Shown here in pieces: positions 1 to 8,470 of a DNA stretch of 64,000 bases. Position 1 is the stretch's first letter, and the number at the start of each line of letters is the position of its first letter. The notes under the pieces were generated by a model, which was not told the DNA's origin, ran no database searches, and was given only the letters and a program-made list of their open reading frames with translations. The DNA lies in NCBI RefSeq assembly GCF_003018115.1, contig NZ_CP027457.1. One strand, given 5' to 3'. A program made the translations under genes and the position numbers. The stretch is from Escherichia coli. Its GTDB lineage: Bacteria > Pseudomonadota > Gammaproteobacteria > Enterobacterales > Enterobacteriaceae.

Positions 1-736
1 TCAGCTCTCCCCGGGAAATCCGTTGTGAAATGAGTGTCAGCCAGATGCGCTCCGTCAGCGTTTCAGGAAGGCTGTAATCGTTTTGCAAACTGCTCAGCCA
101 CGATTTACTGTTGAGCACCGGTTGTTCTTCCAGTGTCTGGCGGATGGCACTGGTCAGTCTTTTCAGCGCCTGGATCTGGCTGGCCGCCCATAGCAGCGTC
201 ACTAATGCAGCCAGCCAGTACAACAACCCGCCCCACCACATCAGTGAGGGTGAAATATCGAACTGCAATGCGATCAATGGTGCGTATGCAGAACACGCCA
301 TAAGGAAAAAAGCAGTATAAAAACAGCAGTAATACCCGTTAATTTCCTTGCTGATATCTTCAGGTGTGAGCCCGTTCTGCTGAATGGTTCTTATCTGCAC
401 GGGAAGAGCCAGCAGACCAGCAGCGAGAGCGGTGGTCAGAATAAATTTTACAGAGTCAAAAGTATGAGCCTCCAGTGCGATATGTTTACCATCAAGTCCC
501 CACATGAAGCTGATGATCATTCCGGCAATCGTCAGAAATACGCCTGCCAGCCAGCGAATATGGAATAACCGGGTTATGCGTTCAGTGATATAGCCAGCCA
601 GTAAAGCCGGGCCGAACAGACACAGCAATACGAATCCTGCCAGCGCAGACGCCGTGCTGGTTAATGCTCTGAACAAAAGGCGAAGAATGGCAAATCCTGC
701 GATCAGCAGAATCAGCGCGCCGACTATCTGTAACAT
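1..736 (-). CDS. yeeR: YeeR-like inner membrane protein, partial (C-terminus lies beyond the window start)
   Basis: Minus-strand frame open from ATG at 736-734 to the window edge; hydrophobic N-terminus MLQIVGALILLIAGFAILRLLF resembles my recollection of CP4-44 YeeR; sits 120 bp downstream of flu as in the K-12 flu-yeeR arrangement. Absent from the ORF track, presumably because it has no stop inside the window. Confidence 0.55.
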   Translation of the reverse strand, partial: MLQIVGALILLIAGFAILRLLFRALTSTASALAGFVLLCLFGPALLAGYITERITRLFHIRWLAGVFLTIAGMIISFMWGLDGKHIALEAHTFDSVKFILTTALAAGLLALPVQIRTIQQNGLTPEDISKEINGYYCCFYTAFFLMACSAYAPLIALQFDISPSLMWWGGLLYWLAALVTLLWAASQIQALKRLTSAIRQTLEEQPVLNSKSWLSSLQNDYSLPETLTERIWLTLISQRISRGEL

Positions 737-856
737 AGTCACTCCGTGATGAATATCATGTTATTGTGAATGCCAGTGAATGTGGCACTGAAACGTTTTC
801 CCCCGTCCGGGTCCCGGTCATGATGACCGGGACCACAGAGAGGCAATGCAGAATTA

Positions 857-3800
857 TCAGAAGGTCACATTCAGCGTGGCCTGACTGCTATAACCTTCAG
901 CGCTGCTGCCGTTGATGCTGTGGGCATAACCGGCCTGAACGCCCAGGGTGATATTTTCCCGGACACGGGCTTCCAGTCCGGCCTGCAGATCCAGTGAAGT
1001 GCCATTCTGTGAGGGAGAGAACGTCATCCCGCTGCCTGCGGTGGAGGTCCCCACACGCATATCACCCCGGGAGCTGAAGGTGCGGATAACGGAAGGCTGT
1101 ACCCACCAGTTCACCGGCAGTTCACGCACACTGTGTTTTGCACTGTCACGCAGGGGGGCACGGGATGAGGTGCCTTCACCAAAGGTCATATCGTTGTGGC
1201 TGCCCAGACGGAAACCGGCACGCACATGCTGTGCACTGCCATGCCCGAACTTCACATAACCGGCGTTGTCCTTACCGTCATCCAGCGAAAGCCCCTGCCA
1301 GGTGTACTGCAGCCGTGGCTCCAGCATCAGGTTGTCAGTGATACTGAAGGGCAGACCGGTTTCCAGTGAGCCCAGCCAGCCCCAGCCCCGTGCGCGGAAG
1401 TCGTTATTGCCCGATGACGCTTTCATACTGTGGCGGGTTCCCTGTGCCACAATGTCAGCCCACAGGCCGGAGGAGGTGTGTGCCAGGTTCATATATCCGC
1501 CCAGGCTGCCGGCATCATCCCGGACCGTGCCGGCGCGGGAGCCGTCATCATCCTTAACATCAACGGAAGAATGGCCTGCAGCACCATACACTCCTGTCGT
1601 CAGTGACATACCGGCGACCTCTGTTCTGAGCAGGTCACCCTCCAGACGGACGAAGCCATAGCTGCCGCTGCTTTCCGGCGTGGCCCCACGGGCAATACCG
1701 CCGTTGTTATCGTGACCGAGATGGCCGCCCTGAATGCTGAGACGGACGCTGTTATTTTCACCGTTTACACCGGTCTGATGGCTGCGGGAGCCTGCCAGAA
1801 TCCGGTCATAGTCCATTGCCTGTGTCAGCATGGAGGCGTACAGGGGGACTTCAGCACGATAACGTTCTTCACTGCGCAGATACCAGCTCTCATCACTGTC
1901 CCGGTTGAGGGTGTAGTTAAAGGCCCCGGCCTGCAGCATATTCCCCTGGACAAAAGCCCCTTCCTCCGTGGTGGCACCGTTAATGGCCTCAACCACCTGA
2001 ATACCCTTACCGGTGGTCGCCAGCCCCGTACCACTGTTGCCGGCGTTCACCAGATTCAGGATGGTTTTTCCGGTTGCCCTGCCACCGTCAATGACCAGTC
2101 TGTCAGCATTGTTCTGCGCCATATCCGGACGTACACGCAGGCTGATGGTGCCATTCTGCCCGTTCAGGTTTTTCACCTGCAGAGTTGTCGGAACGAACTT
2201 CCCTGTGCGGGCGGAGGTGAAATGAATCTGTCCGGCATGGCTGAGGTCATCCACCACCGACTGAACCGTGGCGTTATCGGGAATATTCCAGGTGGCACCA
2301 GAGGCGAGAGTGACATTCGTGGGGTCAATGGCACCGTTCAGCACTGTGCTGCCGGTCAGCTTCAGGGCCGTGCCGCGCTGAGCAATGACATCCGTGGTGA
2401 CGGTACTGTCGTTCAGCGTCAGCGTGCCTTCATTCAGGTTGACGGCTTTCTGGGTGAGTGTGGTGTTGCTGACAGTGAGTGTTCCACTTCCTGATTTTTC
2501 CACCCTGCCGTTACCGGTGAGAGAGCCTCCCTGCAGGAGTGCATCGCCTTCACGGATGGTCAGGGTATCGTTGTTCACCGTCTTCCCGGAAAGGGTAAGT
2601 ATGGCGCCGTTATTCAGCGTGGTGGTGCCCGCCAGTGTGCCGCCCCTGGCGGTGAACAGTCCGCCATTTACCGTGGTATCCGTGGCCGTATCACCGGCGT
2701 TCAGCGTGAATGAACTGCCTTTTTCCAGCATCAGGGCATCCGCCTGACCGCCTCCGATACGGAATGCCTTTCCGTCGCTCCGGGTACCACTGACAGCGGC
2801 ACCGGAATCGGCCAGCAGTACACCGCCATTTCCCATGGATACGGTGGTGGCGGTGCCACCGTTGCGGACATCCAGCGTTCCGCCATCATCCACGCGGGTA
2901 TTAGTGGCTGTGTGTCCGGTCAGCACATCCAGGCGTCCGCCATTTTCCAGTACGACATTATCAGCTTTACCCTCCACAACAGAGAATGCTCCCAGGCGGT
3001 TTATGCCGGTAACGGTTGCAGCCGTACTGGTAACCAGTGCGCCGCCCTGCTTCAGGGTGACATTCGTGGCTGTACCACCGGCGTCCACCTGCAGTCTGCC
3101 CTTCTGATTAACGGTGGTATTCCCGGCCACACCCCCGTTTTTGACAATCTGCCAGCCGTCACTGTTCACAACAGTGTCAGACGCTGTACCGCCGTTGTGC
3201 ACATACTGGTATCCCCCATTCAGCGTGGTATCCAGTGCGTGACCATGTACAGTCTGGTCGCCGCCGGCATAAACCACAGTGGTATTTGCCGTTCCTTCAG
3301 TTCTCACAATCTGGCGACCGTTTTTATTGATGGTTGTGCGTACGGCATCCCCGCGAACAAACTGCCCGGTATCACCGTTTTCTGCATCCGGTCCCCCTTC
3401 CGCCCCGGTATTAACAACGGTATCCGTTGCCACTGTACCGGGCTTGACGACCTGCCAGCCCTTATCATTAATGACGGTTCCTGTGGCTATCGCCCCCTCA
3501 TGCATCCACTGTTCGCCACCATTCAGCGTGGTGTTCACTGCCCGTCCCTGAAGGCTCTGTCCGCCTCCGGCACTGATAACCGTGTCTGAGACACTTCCAC
3601 CGGGGTTCACTCTCTGAAGACCACCACTGGTGACAGTCGTTTTGTTGGCTGTTCCGCTATCCTGTACCCATTGCCCGCCGGTATTGGCCTCATTGTCCGG
3701 CCCGTACTCCAGACCGGTACTGATGGTCATTCCGTTGACCGTACCGAAGACAATCTGGTTGTCATGATTTGTCAGTGTTCCGCCGTTCACGGTTTCTCCC

Positions 3801-3976
3801 GCCTGTACAACCGTGTCAGCAGCCAGTGCCGGGACTGACGTGACAGCAGCAAGAGACAGCGCAACCGCCACACCAGCGCGTTTTCCCCGTGAGCGGGCCA
3901 GTTCGGAGGCCACCACCAGGGTGCCCGTAATGTGATTCCATACCAGCCTGTAGCTGGTGTTCAGATGTCGTTTCAT
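857..3976 (-). CDS. flu: Antigen 43 (Ag43) self-associating autotransporter adhesin
   Basis: 1039-aa product from MKRHLNTSYRLVWNHITG (signal peptide), repetitive passenger domain, C-terminal beta-barrel ending ATLNVTF; near-identical to my recollection of Ag43. The track ORF is extended 25 codons upstream; start chosen at the Met preceded by AAGGA. Confidence 0.95.
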   Translation of the reverse strand: MKRHLNTSYRLVWNHITGTLVVASELARSRGKRAGVAVALSLAAVTSVPALAADTVVQAGETVNGGTLTNHDNQIVFGTVNGMTISTGLEYGPDNEANTGGQWVQDSGTANKTTVTSGGLQRVNPGGSVSDTVISAGGGQSLQGRAVNTTLNGGEQWMHEGAIATGTVINDKGWQVVKPGTVATDTVVNTGAEGGPDAENGDTGQFVRGDAVRTTINKNGRQIVRTEGTANTTVVYAGGDQTVHGHALDTTLNGGYQYVHNGGTASDTVVNSDGWQIVKNGGVAGNTTVNQKGRLQVDAGGTATNVTLKQGGALVTSTAATVTGINRLGAFSVVEGKADNVVLENGGRLDVLTGHTATNTRVDDGGTLDVRNGGTATTVSMGNGGVLLADSGAAVSGTRSDGKAFRIGGGQADALMLEKGSSFTLNAGDTATDTTVNGGLFTARGGTLAGTTTLNNGAILTLSGKTVNNDTLTIREGDALLQGGSLTGNGRVEKSGSGTLTVSNTTLTQKAVNLNEGTLTLNDSTVTTDVIAQRGTALKLTGSTVLNGAIDPTNVTLASGATWNIPDNATVQSVVDDLSHAGQIHFTSARTGKFVPTTLQVKNLNGQNGTISLRVRPDMAQNNADRLVIDGGRATGKTILNLVNAGNSGTGLATTGKGIQVVEAINGATTEEGAFVQGNMLQAGAFNYTLNRDSDESWYLRSEERYRAEVPLYASMLTQAMDYDRILAGSRSHQTGVNGENNSVRLSIQGGHLGHDNNGGIARGATPESSGSYGFVRLEGDLLRTEVAGMSLTTGVYGAAGHSSVDVKDDDGSRAGTVRDDAGSLGGYMNLAHTSSGLWADIVAQGTRHSMKASSGNNDFRARGWGWLGSLETGLPFSITDNLMLEPRLQYTWQGLSLDDGKDNAGYVKFGHGSAQHVRAGFRLGSHNDMTFGEGTSSRAPLRDSAKHSVRELPVNWWVQPSVIRTFSSRGDMRVGTSTAGSGMTFSPSQNGTSLDLQAGLEARVRENITLGVQAGYAHSINGSSAEGYSSQATLNVTF

Positions 3977-4193
3977 CAGCTTTTCCTTACAGAGGGTGAA
4001 TAAAAAAGCCGGTACCCACAAATGTGGATACCGGCAGGTACAAAACAGCATGGTCAGATAAAGTGGTTTTTCCCGGACATAAATGCTTCCCCTCTCTCAT
4101 CCGCCAGAGAAGTATCAGTCCGTTGTGTGCAATTCCGTTCTGCATGATGAAGAGATTCAGCTGCCTTTTCGCAGGCCATTAACCACCATAAAC

Positions 4194-4229
4194 GATCGAT
4201 AGTAACGATCGATACCTGTTTTATCGATC
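4194..4229 (-). promoter_or_regulatory. agn43 phase-variation switch: three Dam GATC sites in the OxyR-binding region
   Basis: GATC at 4194-4197, 4207-4210 and 4226-4229 inside ATAG/CTAT-rich sequence, about 220-250 bp upstream of the flu start codon. Confidence 0.8.
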
Positions 4230-4348
4230 GTTTTATTCTATTGATAGCAGAGCGGTCACGCAAGAGAAACAGGAGGGGCATGAGGTGTTTGTATCATGTT
4301 TTCAGTTGGTTAACGCAATGTAATCAGGCATTTCCCCTGGCAGACTGT

Positions 4349-5221
4349 TCAGAAGAAAATCCAGTTCCATACCGCGCGGGCAACAGAGACCACCGAGTCA
4401 CGGACGGCACGCAGAACCGTGCGTGCAACAGAGGCAATACAGACGCTCTCCGCCGTGTCAAATATCCGGTCCACCGCACCGGTAAACTGTTCACGGGCCT
4501 GAGACCGGACAGATTCCGTGCGCAGCTCGTCCTGCAGGCGGGTCATCAGGGGGCTGGCGGCATGGTCGGGAAGCGCTGTCATGAGCGCACTGACCAGCGT
4601 ATCCAGTTCCCAGCCGGTGCGGGCCGATACGGCAACAACCGGATGTACGGGCCGGAACAGACGGAATACCGCCTCCGTTTTTTCGCGAATGTTCTGTGCC
4701 TGTGCGGGAGAAGGCTGAATGCCGGCCATATCCCATTCATGGCAGGGCTCCGTTTTGTCGGCCTGCGTCACCACAAACAGCACCTGCTGATGCCCCCGGT
4801 GCAGAATGTGTCGCCAGAAATACTCATCCACAGACAGGGCCCGGTCATCGGCTTTAATCAGCCACAGTACCAGGTCCAGTTCAGACAGAATGTTACGGTA
4901 CAGGGCTTCATACTCTGCATCCCTGTCACGGCTCTCGCCCACCCCGGGCAGGTCAGTGATAACCATGCTGTGACCGTGACCACTCAGACGGAAGCGCTGC
5001 ACTTCCCGGGTGCCGGCGTGAACATCACTGACCGGGGTGACCTCCCCCTGAAACAGTGCATTACAGAGTGAGGATTTACCGGCCCCGCTTTTCCCCATAA
5101 TGCCAATCACGGGTTCGTGACTGGTGAGTTTGCGCAGATGTTCCAGGATGTGACGGGAAAGTGAGTAAGGCAGGGAAGAAAGTGGTTTTTCAATTGCCTC
5201 AATGGCATCAGACGGATTCAT
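4349..5221 (-). CDS. yeeP: YeeP/YkfA-family GTPase (intact)
   Basis: P-loop GIMGKSGAGKSS and family-typical DLPGVGES; start set at MNPSD rather than the track's upstream extension; positioned upstream of flu as in CP4-44. Confidence 0.85.
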   Translation of the reverse strand: MNPSDAIEAIEKPLSSLPYSLSRHILEHLRKLTSHEPVIGIMGKSGAGKSSLCNALFQGEVTPVSDVHAGTREVQRFRLSGHGHSMVITDLPGVGESRDRDAEYEALYRNILSELDLVLWLIKADDRALSVDEYFWRHILHRGHQQVLFVVTQADKTEPCHEWDMAGIQPSPAQAQNIREKTEAVFRLFRPVHPVVAVSARTGWELDTLVSALMTALPDHAASPLMTRLQDELRTESVRSQAREQFTGAVDRIFDTAESVCIASVARTVLRAVRDSVVSVARAVWNWIFF

Positions 5222-5384
5222 ACATGTATTCCCGGTGAAAAAAGACAAAACCCCGCGCACCGGAAAGATGGCGGGGGATTCACGGAGATAATATCTGTCT
5301 GAAATTATTTGAAATGCAGGTATATGCAGCTAATTTGTATCAGCTTATTGGTACAGTACTAAACCTCATCTGACAGTCCGCTCT

Positions 5385-5399
5385 GTGCCAGGAGCGGAC
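5385..5399. repeat. 15-bp direct repeat copy A (GTGCCAGGAGCGGAC) within an 8-bp-stem palindrome GTCCGCTC-tgtgccag-GAGCGGAC
   Basis: Exact 15-mer shared with 6896-6910 in the same orientation; the two copies bracket the HEPN-motif gene and the short tyrosine recombinase gene. Confidence 0.6.
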
Positions 5400-5502
5400 A
5401 TTCCGATATTGAAAAGTAAATTGTCTTGCTGTATTTTTTCAGTCATAAAAATGAATAAGGATTCTCAGATGAGTGAGATATTTGAACTATTCAGTTCTAC
5501 TG

Positions 5503-6219
5503 TCAGTCCTTAAGTTTATTCATAGAAAGCCGCTCTTGGCGTTTAAGCTCATTTAAAGTGAAAAAAGCACATTTATTAGATAAAATATAAATAGTTCCTA
5601 CTAACCGATGTAAGCGCCTCATTTTTTCGGGCATAGAGAATTCAGCATTTTTGACAAACATTAAAGAATCAACCCCAGCAGAGAACATATATTGTAAACT
5701 TTCCATATTAAAAGCCTCTAGTGGATTTACTTCGTTAATATCAATACTATTAACAGACCTCTCTATTTCGAGGTAATCTTCACTTGTCATTGAATAGTCT
5801 ATTTTATGAGCGAATTTATTGCGGATAGAATTCAGCTTAACTAAAGAATTTGCAATTGAGAGAGGTAAACCTAAAGCAACACAGATCTCCAGTTTTGGAG
5901 TAAAATATCGTGATGGTTTAACGAACTGCTCAGTACCAGGCTTCCTAACATTGTTGATGAATACTTCCAAGAAATTCTCAATCAATAGGCTAAGTCTTAG
6001 CAAGACTGATGCTTCGTCATTTATACTTAGTAAAGGTGCAAATTTTTCTGCGTCAAGAAAGAAACCGAGGTCATTATTAATCGCTACATATCCAGTTAGA
6101 TTGTTATTTGACTTCATATTCATAAAAACCTTATCTTGTATATTAGCGGCATATTGTACCATAAATTGAATCGTGGTTTGTTCTAAGAATGGACACAAGA
6201 ACTTCCTCTCCTCACTCAT
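5503..6219 (-). CDS. hypothetical protein with a HEPN-like R-N-x-x-A-H motif (possible Abi-type RNase)
   Basis: AT-rich ORF; motif SIRNKFAH matches the HEPN Rx4-6H signature in its common RNxxAH form. Start uncertain: track starts at TTG 6228, ATG at 6219 (MSEER), or ATG at 6123 (MNMKS, preceded by AAGG). Confidence 0.5.
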   Translation of the reverse strand: MSEERKFLCPFLEQTTIQFMVQYAANIQDKVFMNMKSNNNLTGYVAINNDLGFFLDAEKFAPLLSINDEASVLLRLSLLIENFLEVFINNVRKPGTEQFVKPSRYFTPKLEICVALGLPLSIANSLVKLNSIRNKFAHKIDYSMTSEDYLEIERSVNSIDINEVNPLEAFNMESLQYMFSAGVDSLMFVKNAEFSMPEKMRRLHRLVGTIYILSNKCAFFTLNELKRQERLSMNKLKD

Positions 6220-6265
6220 AAGAGACAACCATACTCAAATCTCCCACATTGCAGGAGATTTGAGT

Positions 6266-6868
6266 ATGAACACGTCACCGTGGAACAAAGACCGTATCAT
6301 CGCCCAAAAAAGACCACTTCAGATATCTCATATCTGGGAGATCCGAATCCGGCTTGAACTGGAAGGTAAAACGCGCGATTTAGCTCTGTTCAATATGGCC
6401 CAGGACAGTAAGCTTCGAGGCTGTGATCTGGTCAAACTCAAAGTATCGAATGTGGCATATGGTAGCTCGGTTTCAAGCAGAGAAACGGTGTTGCAACAAA
6501 AAACCGGTAACCTTGTGCAATTCGAGATAACCAAAGGGACAAGAGAAGCTGTTGCTGCATTGATAAAGCTTGGCAATTTGCACAGTAAAGACTTCTTGTT
6601 TCGGTCTCGGGTCGGAACTAATCGGCACATATCAACCCAGCAATACAGCCGAATTTTTCATGGGTGGGTAGAAAAGCTTGGTCTCGAAGCTTCGCTGTAC
6701 AGCACACAATCCATGAGAAGAACAAAACCTTACCTAATCTACAAGAAAACCAAGAATCTCCGGATCATCCAACTTCTGTTGGGTCATAAGAAACTGGAAA
6801 GCACGATCCGTTATCTGGGCATTGAAGTCGATGATGCGTTAGAGACCTCTGAATCGATTGAAGTCTAA
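6266..6868 (+). CDS. short (~200 aa) tyrosine recombinase, catalytic domain only (FimB/FimE-sized)
   Basis: C-terminal LLGHKKLESTIRYLGIE (His...Tyr box), upstream Arg and HSMRRT boxes; start at ATG 6266 preceded by AGGAG at 6254-6258. Confidence 0.7.
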   Translation: MNTSPWNKDRIIAQKRPLQISHIWEIRIRLELEGKTRDLALFNMAQDSKLRGCDLVKLKVSNVAYGSSVSSRETVLQQKTGNLVQFEITKGTREAVAALIKLGNLHSKDFLFRSRVGTNRHISTQQYSRIFHGWVEKLGLEASLYSTQSMRRTKPYLIYKKTKNLRIIQLLLGHKKLESTIRYLGIEVDDALETSESIEV

Positions 6869-6895
6869 GGTTGTCAGAGCTGCAATAGCAGCCCC

Positions 6896-6910
6896 GTGCC
6901 AGGAGCGGAC
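6896..6910. repeat. 15-bp direct repeat copy B (GTGCCAGGAGCGGAC)
   Basis: Exact match to 5385-5399, same orientation, 28 nt past the recombinase stop codon. Confidence 0.6.
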
Positions 6911-7026
6911 CTAACTAAGTTCATACAACATTGATTATTGAAGATTAGGTCAGAAATAAATACTTTATTTTGATAATTTAGTTACGTTAGAACACCGCAA
7001 TGTACAACGTAAAAATGAGGAATAAT

Positions 7027-8388
7027 ATGACTCGGAGTGAAATAAACGTCTGGGATGAGAGAAGAGGTACCAATAGTCATCGAGTGGAGGAGATTCGATC
7101 TGAAGCTCAGCACGACCTTTCTCGATTGATTCACTCGTCTGCTTTCAGACGATTACAATCCAAAACACAGGTTCTTGGTCTGGGTGAAAGTGATTTCTAC
7201 CGCACACGACTGACTCATTCTATGGAAGTCGCACAAATCGGTTCAGGTCTTCTTGCTAAGTTGAAAATAAAATATAAAGGTAAAGAGCAAGAGCAATTTT
7301 TACCAGATAACGCTCTTATGCAGGCAGTATGTCTCGCACATGATATTGGACATCCTCCATTTGGTCACGGCGGTGAGGTAGCTCTTAACTACTGTATGCA
7401 GGATTACGGTGGTTTTGAAGGAAACGGTCAGACGCTTCGCATTCTCTCGAAACTAGATAAGTATACCTTAGAACACGGACTCGATCCTACACGCAGACTT
7501 CTGCTAGGCATACTGAAATATCCGGTTAAATACTCGGAGCTAGTGGTTACAAAAGACAGAATCCCGGTCACTATCGGATCACCAAACTGGCTCTTTAAGT
7601 CATCTGATTTTAAACCTCCAAAATGCTATCTAGATTCAGAATGCGATGTTGTAAAATTTGCTCTCTCACCATTTACTGAACAGGATCGGAGGCTTTTTAC
7701 TTCCGTTGAAGATGGTCAAACTAAATCCGATCATAAAAAAGCTTCTTATAAAGCTCTCGATACAACTATAATGGATCTTGCCGATGAAATTTCGTATTCG
7801 CTGCACGATTTGGAGGATGCTATTTCTCTCGGAATGGTGACACGAGAAATGTGGATGGAGCATTTCAGTGAACATGAAACCCTATTTACTAACTGCCATG
7901 GAAAAATATTTTCCGAAACATGCCAATCTGTAGCGGATAGCCTTTTTGGTGAAAGTTACAAGAGAAAAGAGTGCATCGGGATGCTGGTTCACCTGATGAT
8001 TACAAGCGTTGAGCTTATTACAAAGAATCCAGCATTCGAATGTGGCATGCTCAAATATAATGCGGTCCTTCCGGAAGCGGTCGAAGCACTACGGTTGAAA
8101 ATTTTCAAACTGGTCAAAAATAAAGTAATTAAGCATGAAAATGTACAGCAGCTTGAATTCAAGGGACAAAAGTTGATTGTTGAGCTCTTCGGTGTGTTGG
8201 CGAACGATCCGTGTCGGTTTCTACCTGCCTCAACGAGGGAAATTTACGAGCGGCAGACTAGCTTAGACAAGAAGGCTGGTATGCGAGTCATTTGCGACTA
8301 TGTTTCAGGGATGACTGATGACTATGCAACAAAGCTTTATGAGAAGATCCTTATTCCACGCAAAGGGTCTATTTTTGACCATCTCTAA
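7027..8388 (+). CDS. dGTP triphosphohydrolase-like HD-domain protein (candidate anti-phage dGTPase)
   Basis: HD motifs RLTHSMEV, HDIGHPPFGH, DLADEISYSLHDLEDA, YVSGMTDDYA; alignable by eye to E. coli Dgt but AT-rich and shorter (453 aa); start at ATG 7027 with GAGG six nt upstream. Confidence 0.8.
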   Translation: MTRSEINVWDERRGTNSHRVEEIRSEAQHDLSRLIHSSAFRRLQSKTQVLGLGESDFYRTRLTHSMEVAQIGSGLLAKLKIKYKGKEQEQFLPDNALMQAVCLAHDIGHPPFGHGGEVALNYCMQDYGGFEGNGQTLRILSKLDKYTLEHGLDPTRRLLLGILKYPVKYSELVVTKDRIPVTIGSPNWLFKSSDFKPPKCYLDSECDVVKFALSPFTEQDRRLFTSVEDGQTKSDHKKASYKALDTTIMDLADEISYSLHDLEDAISLGMVTREMWMEHFSEHETLFTNCHGKIFSETCQSVADSLFGESYKRKECIGMLVHLMITSVELITKNPAFECGMLKYNAVLPEAVEALRLKIFKLVKNKVIKHENVQQLEFKGQKLIVELFGVLANDPCRFLPASTREIYERQTSLDKKAGMRVICDYVSGMTDDYATKLYEKILIPRKGSIFDHL

Positions 8389-8449
8389 CACGGTAAGAAT
8401 GATACTCTGAGTTCAATTGACCTATAAACATTAACCAAGGCATCTACCA

Positions 8450-8470
8450 GGGGGGATATCAAATCCCCCC
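8450..8470 (+). terminator. GC-stem hairpin downstream of the dGTPase-like gene
   Basis: GGGGGGAtatcaaaTCCCCCC inverted repeat about 60 nt after the stop codon; the T-tract is weak. Confidence 0.35.

Noticed and set aside
1712-3589. Plus-strand ORFs of 60-260 codons inside the flu gene (e.g. 1712-2494, 2912-3589)
   Set aside because: Antisense to a well-supported long gene; proline/arginine/serine-rich translations typical of spurious frames in repetitive GC-rich DNA.
4241-5071. 276-codon plus-strand ORF overlapping yeeP
   Set aside because: Antisense to the motif-supported YeeP GTPase; arginine-rich low-complexity translation.
5371-5400. Palindrome at direct-repeat copy A as a rho-independent terminator for the HEPN-motif gene
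   Set aside because: No T-rich tract follows the hairpin on either strand, and the same 15-mer recurs after the recombinase gene, favouring a recombination-site or repeat-element interpretation.
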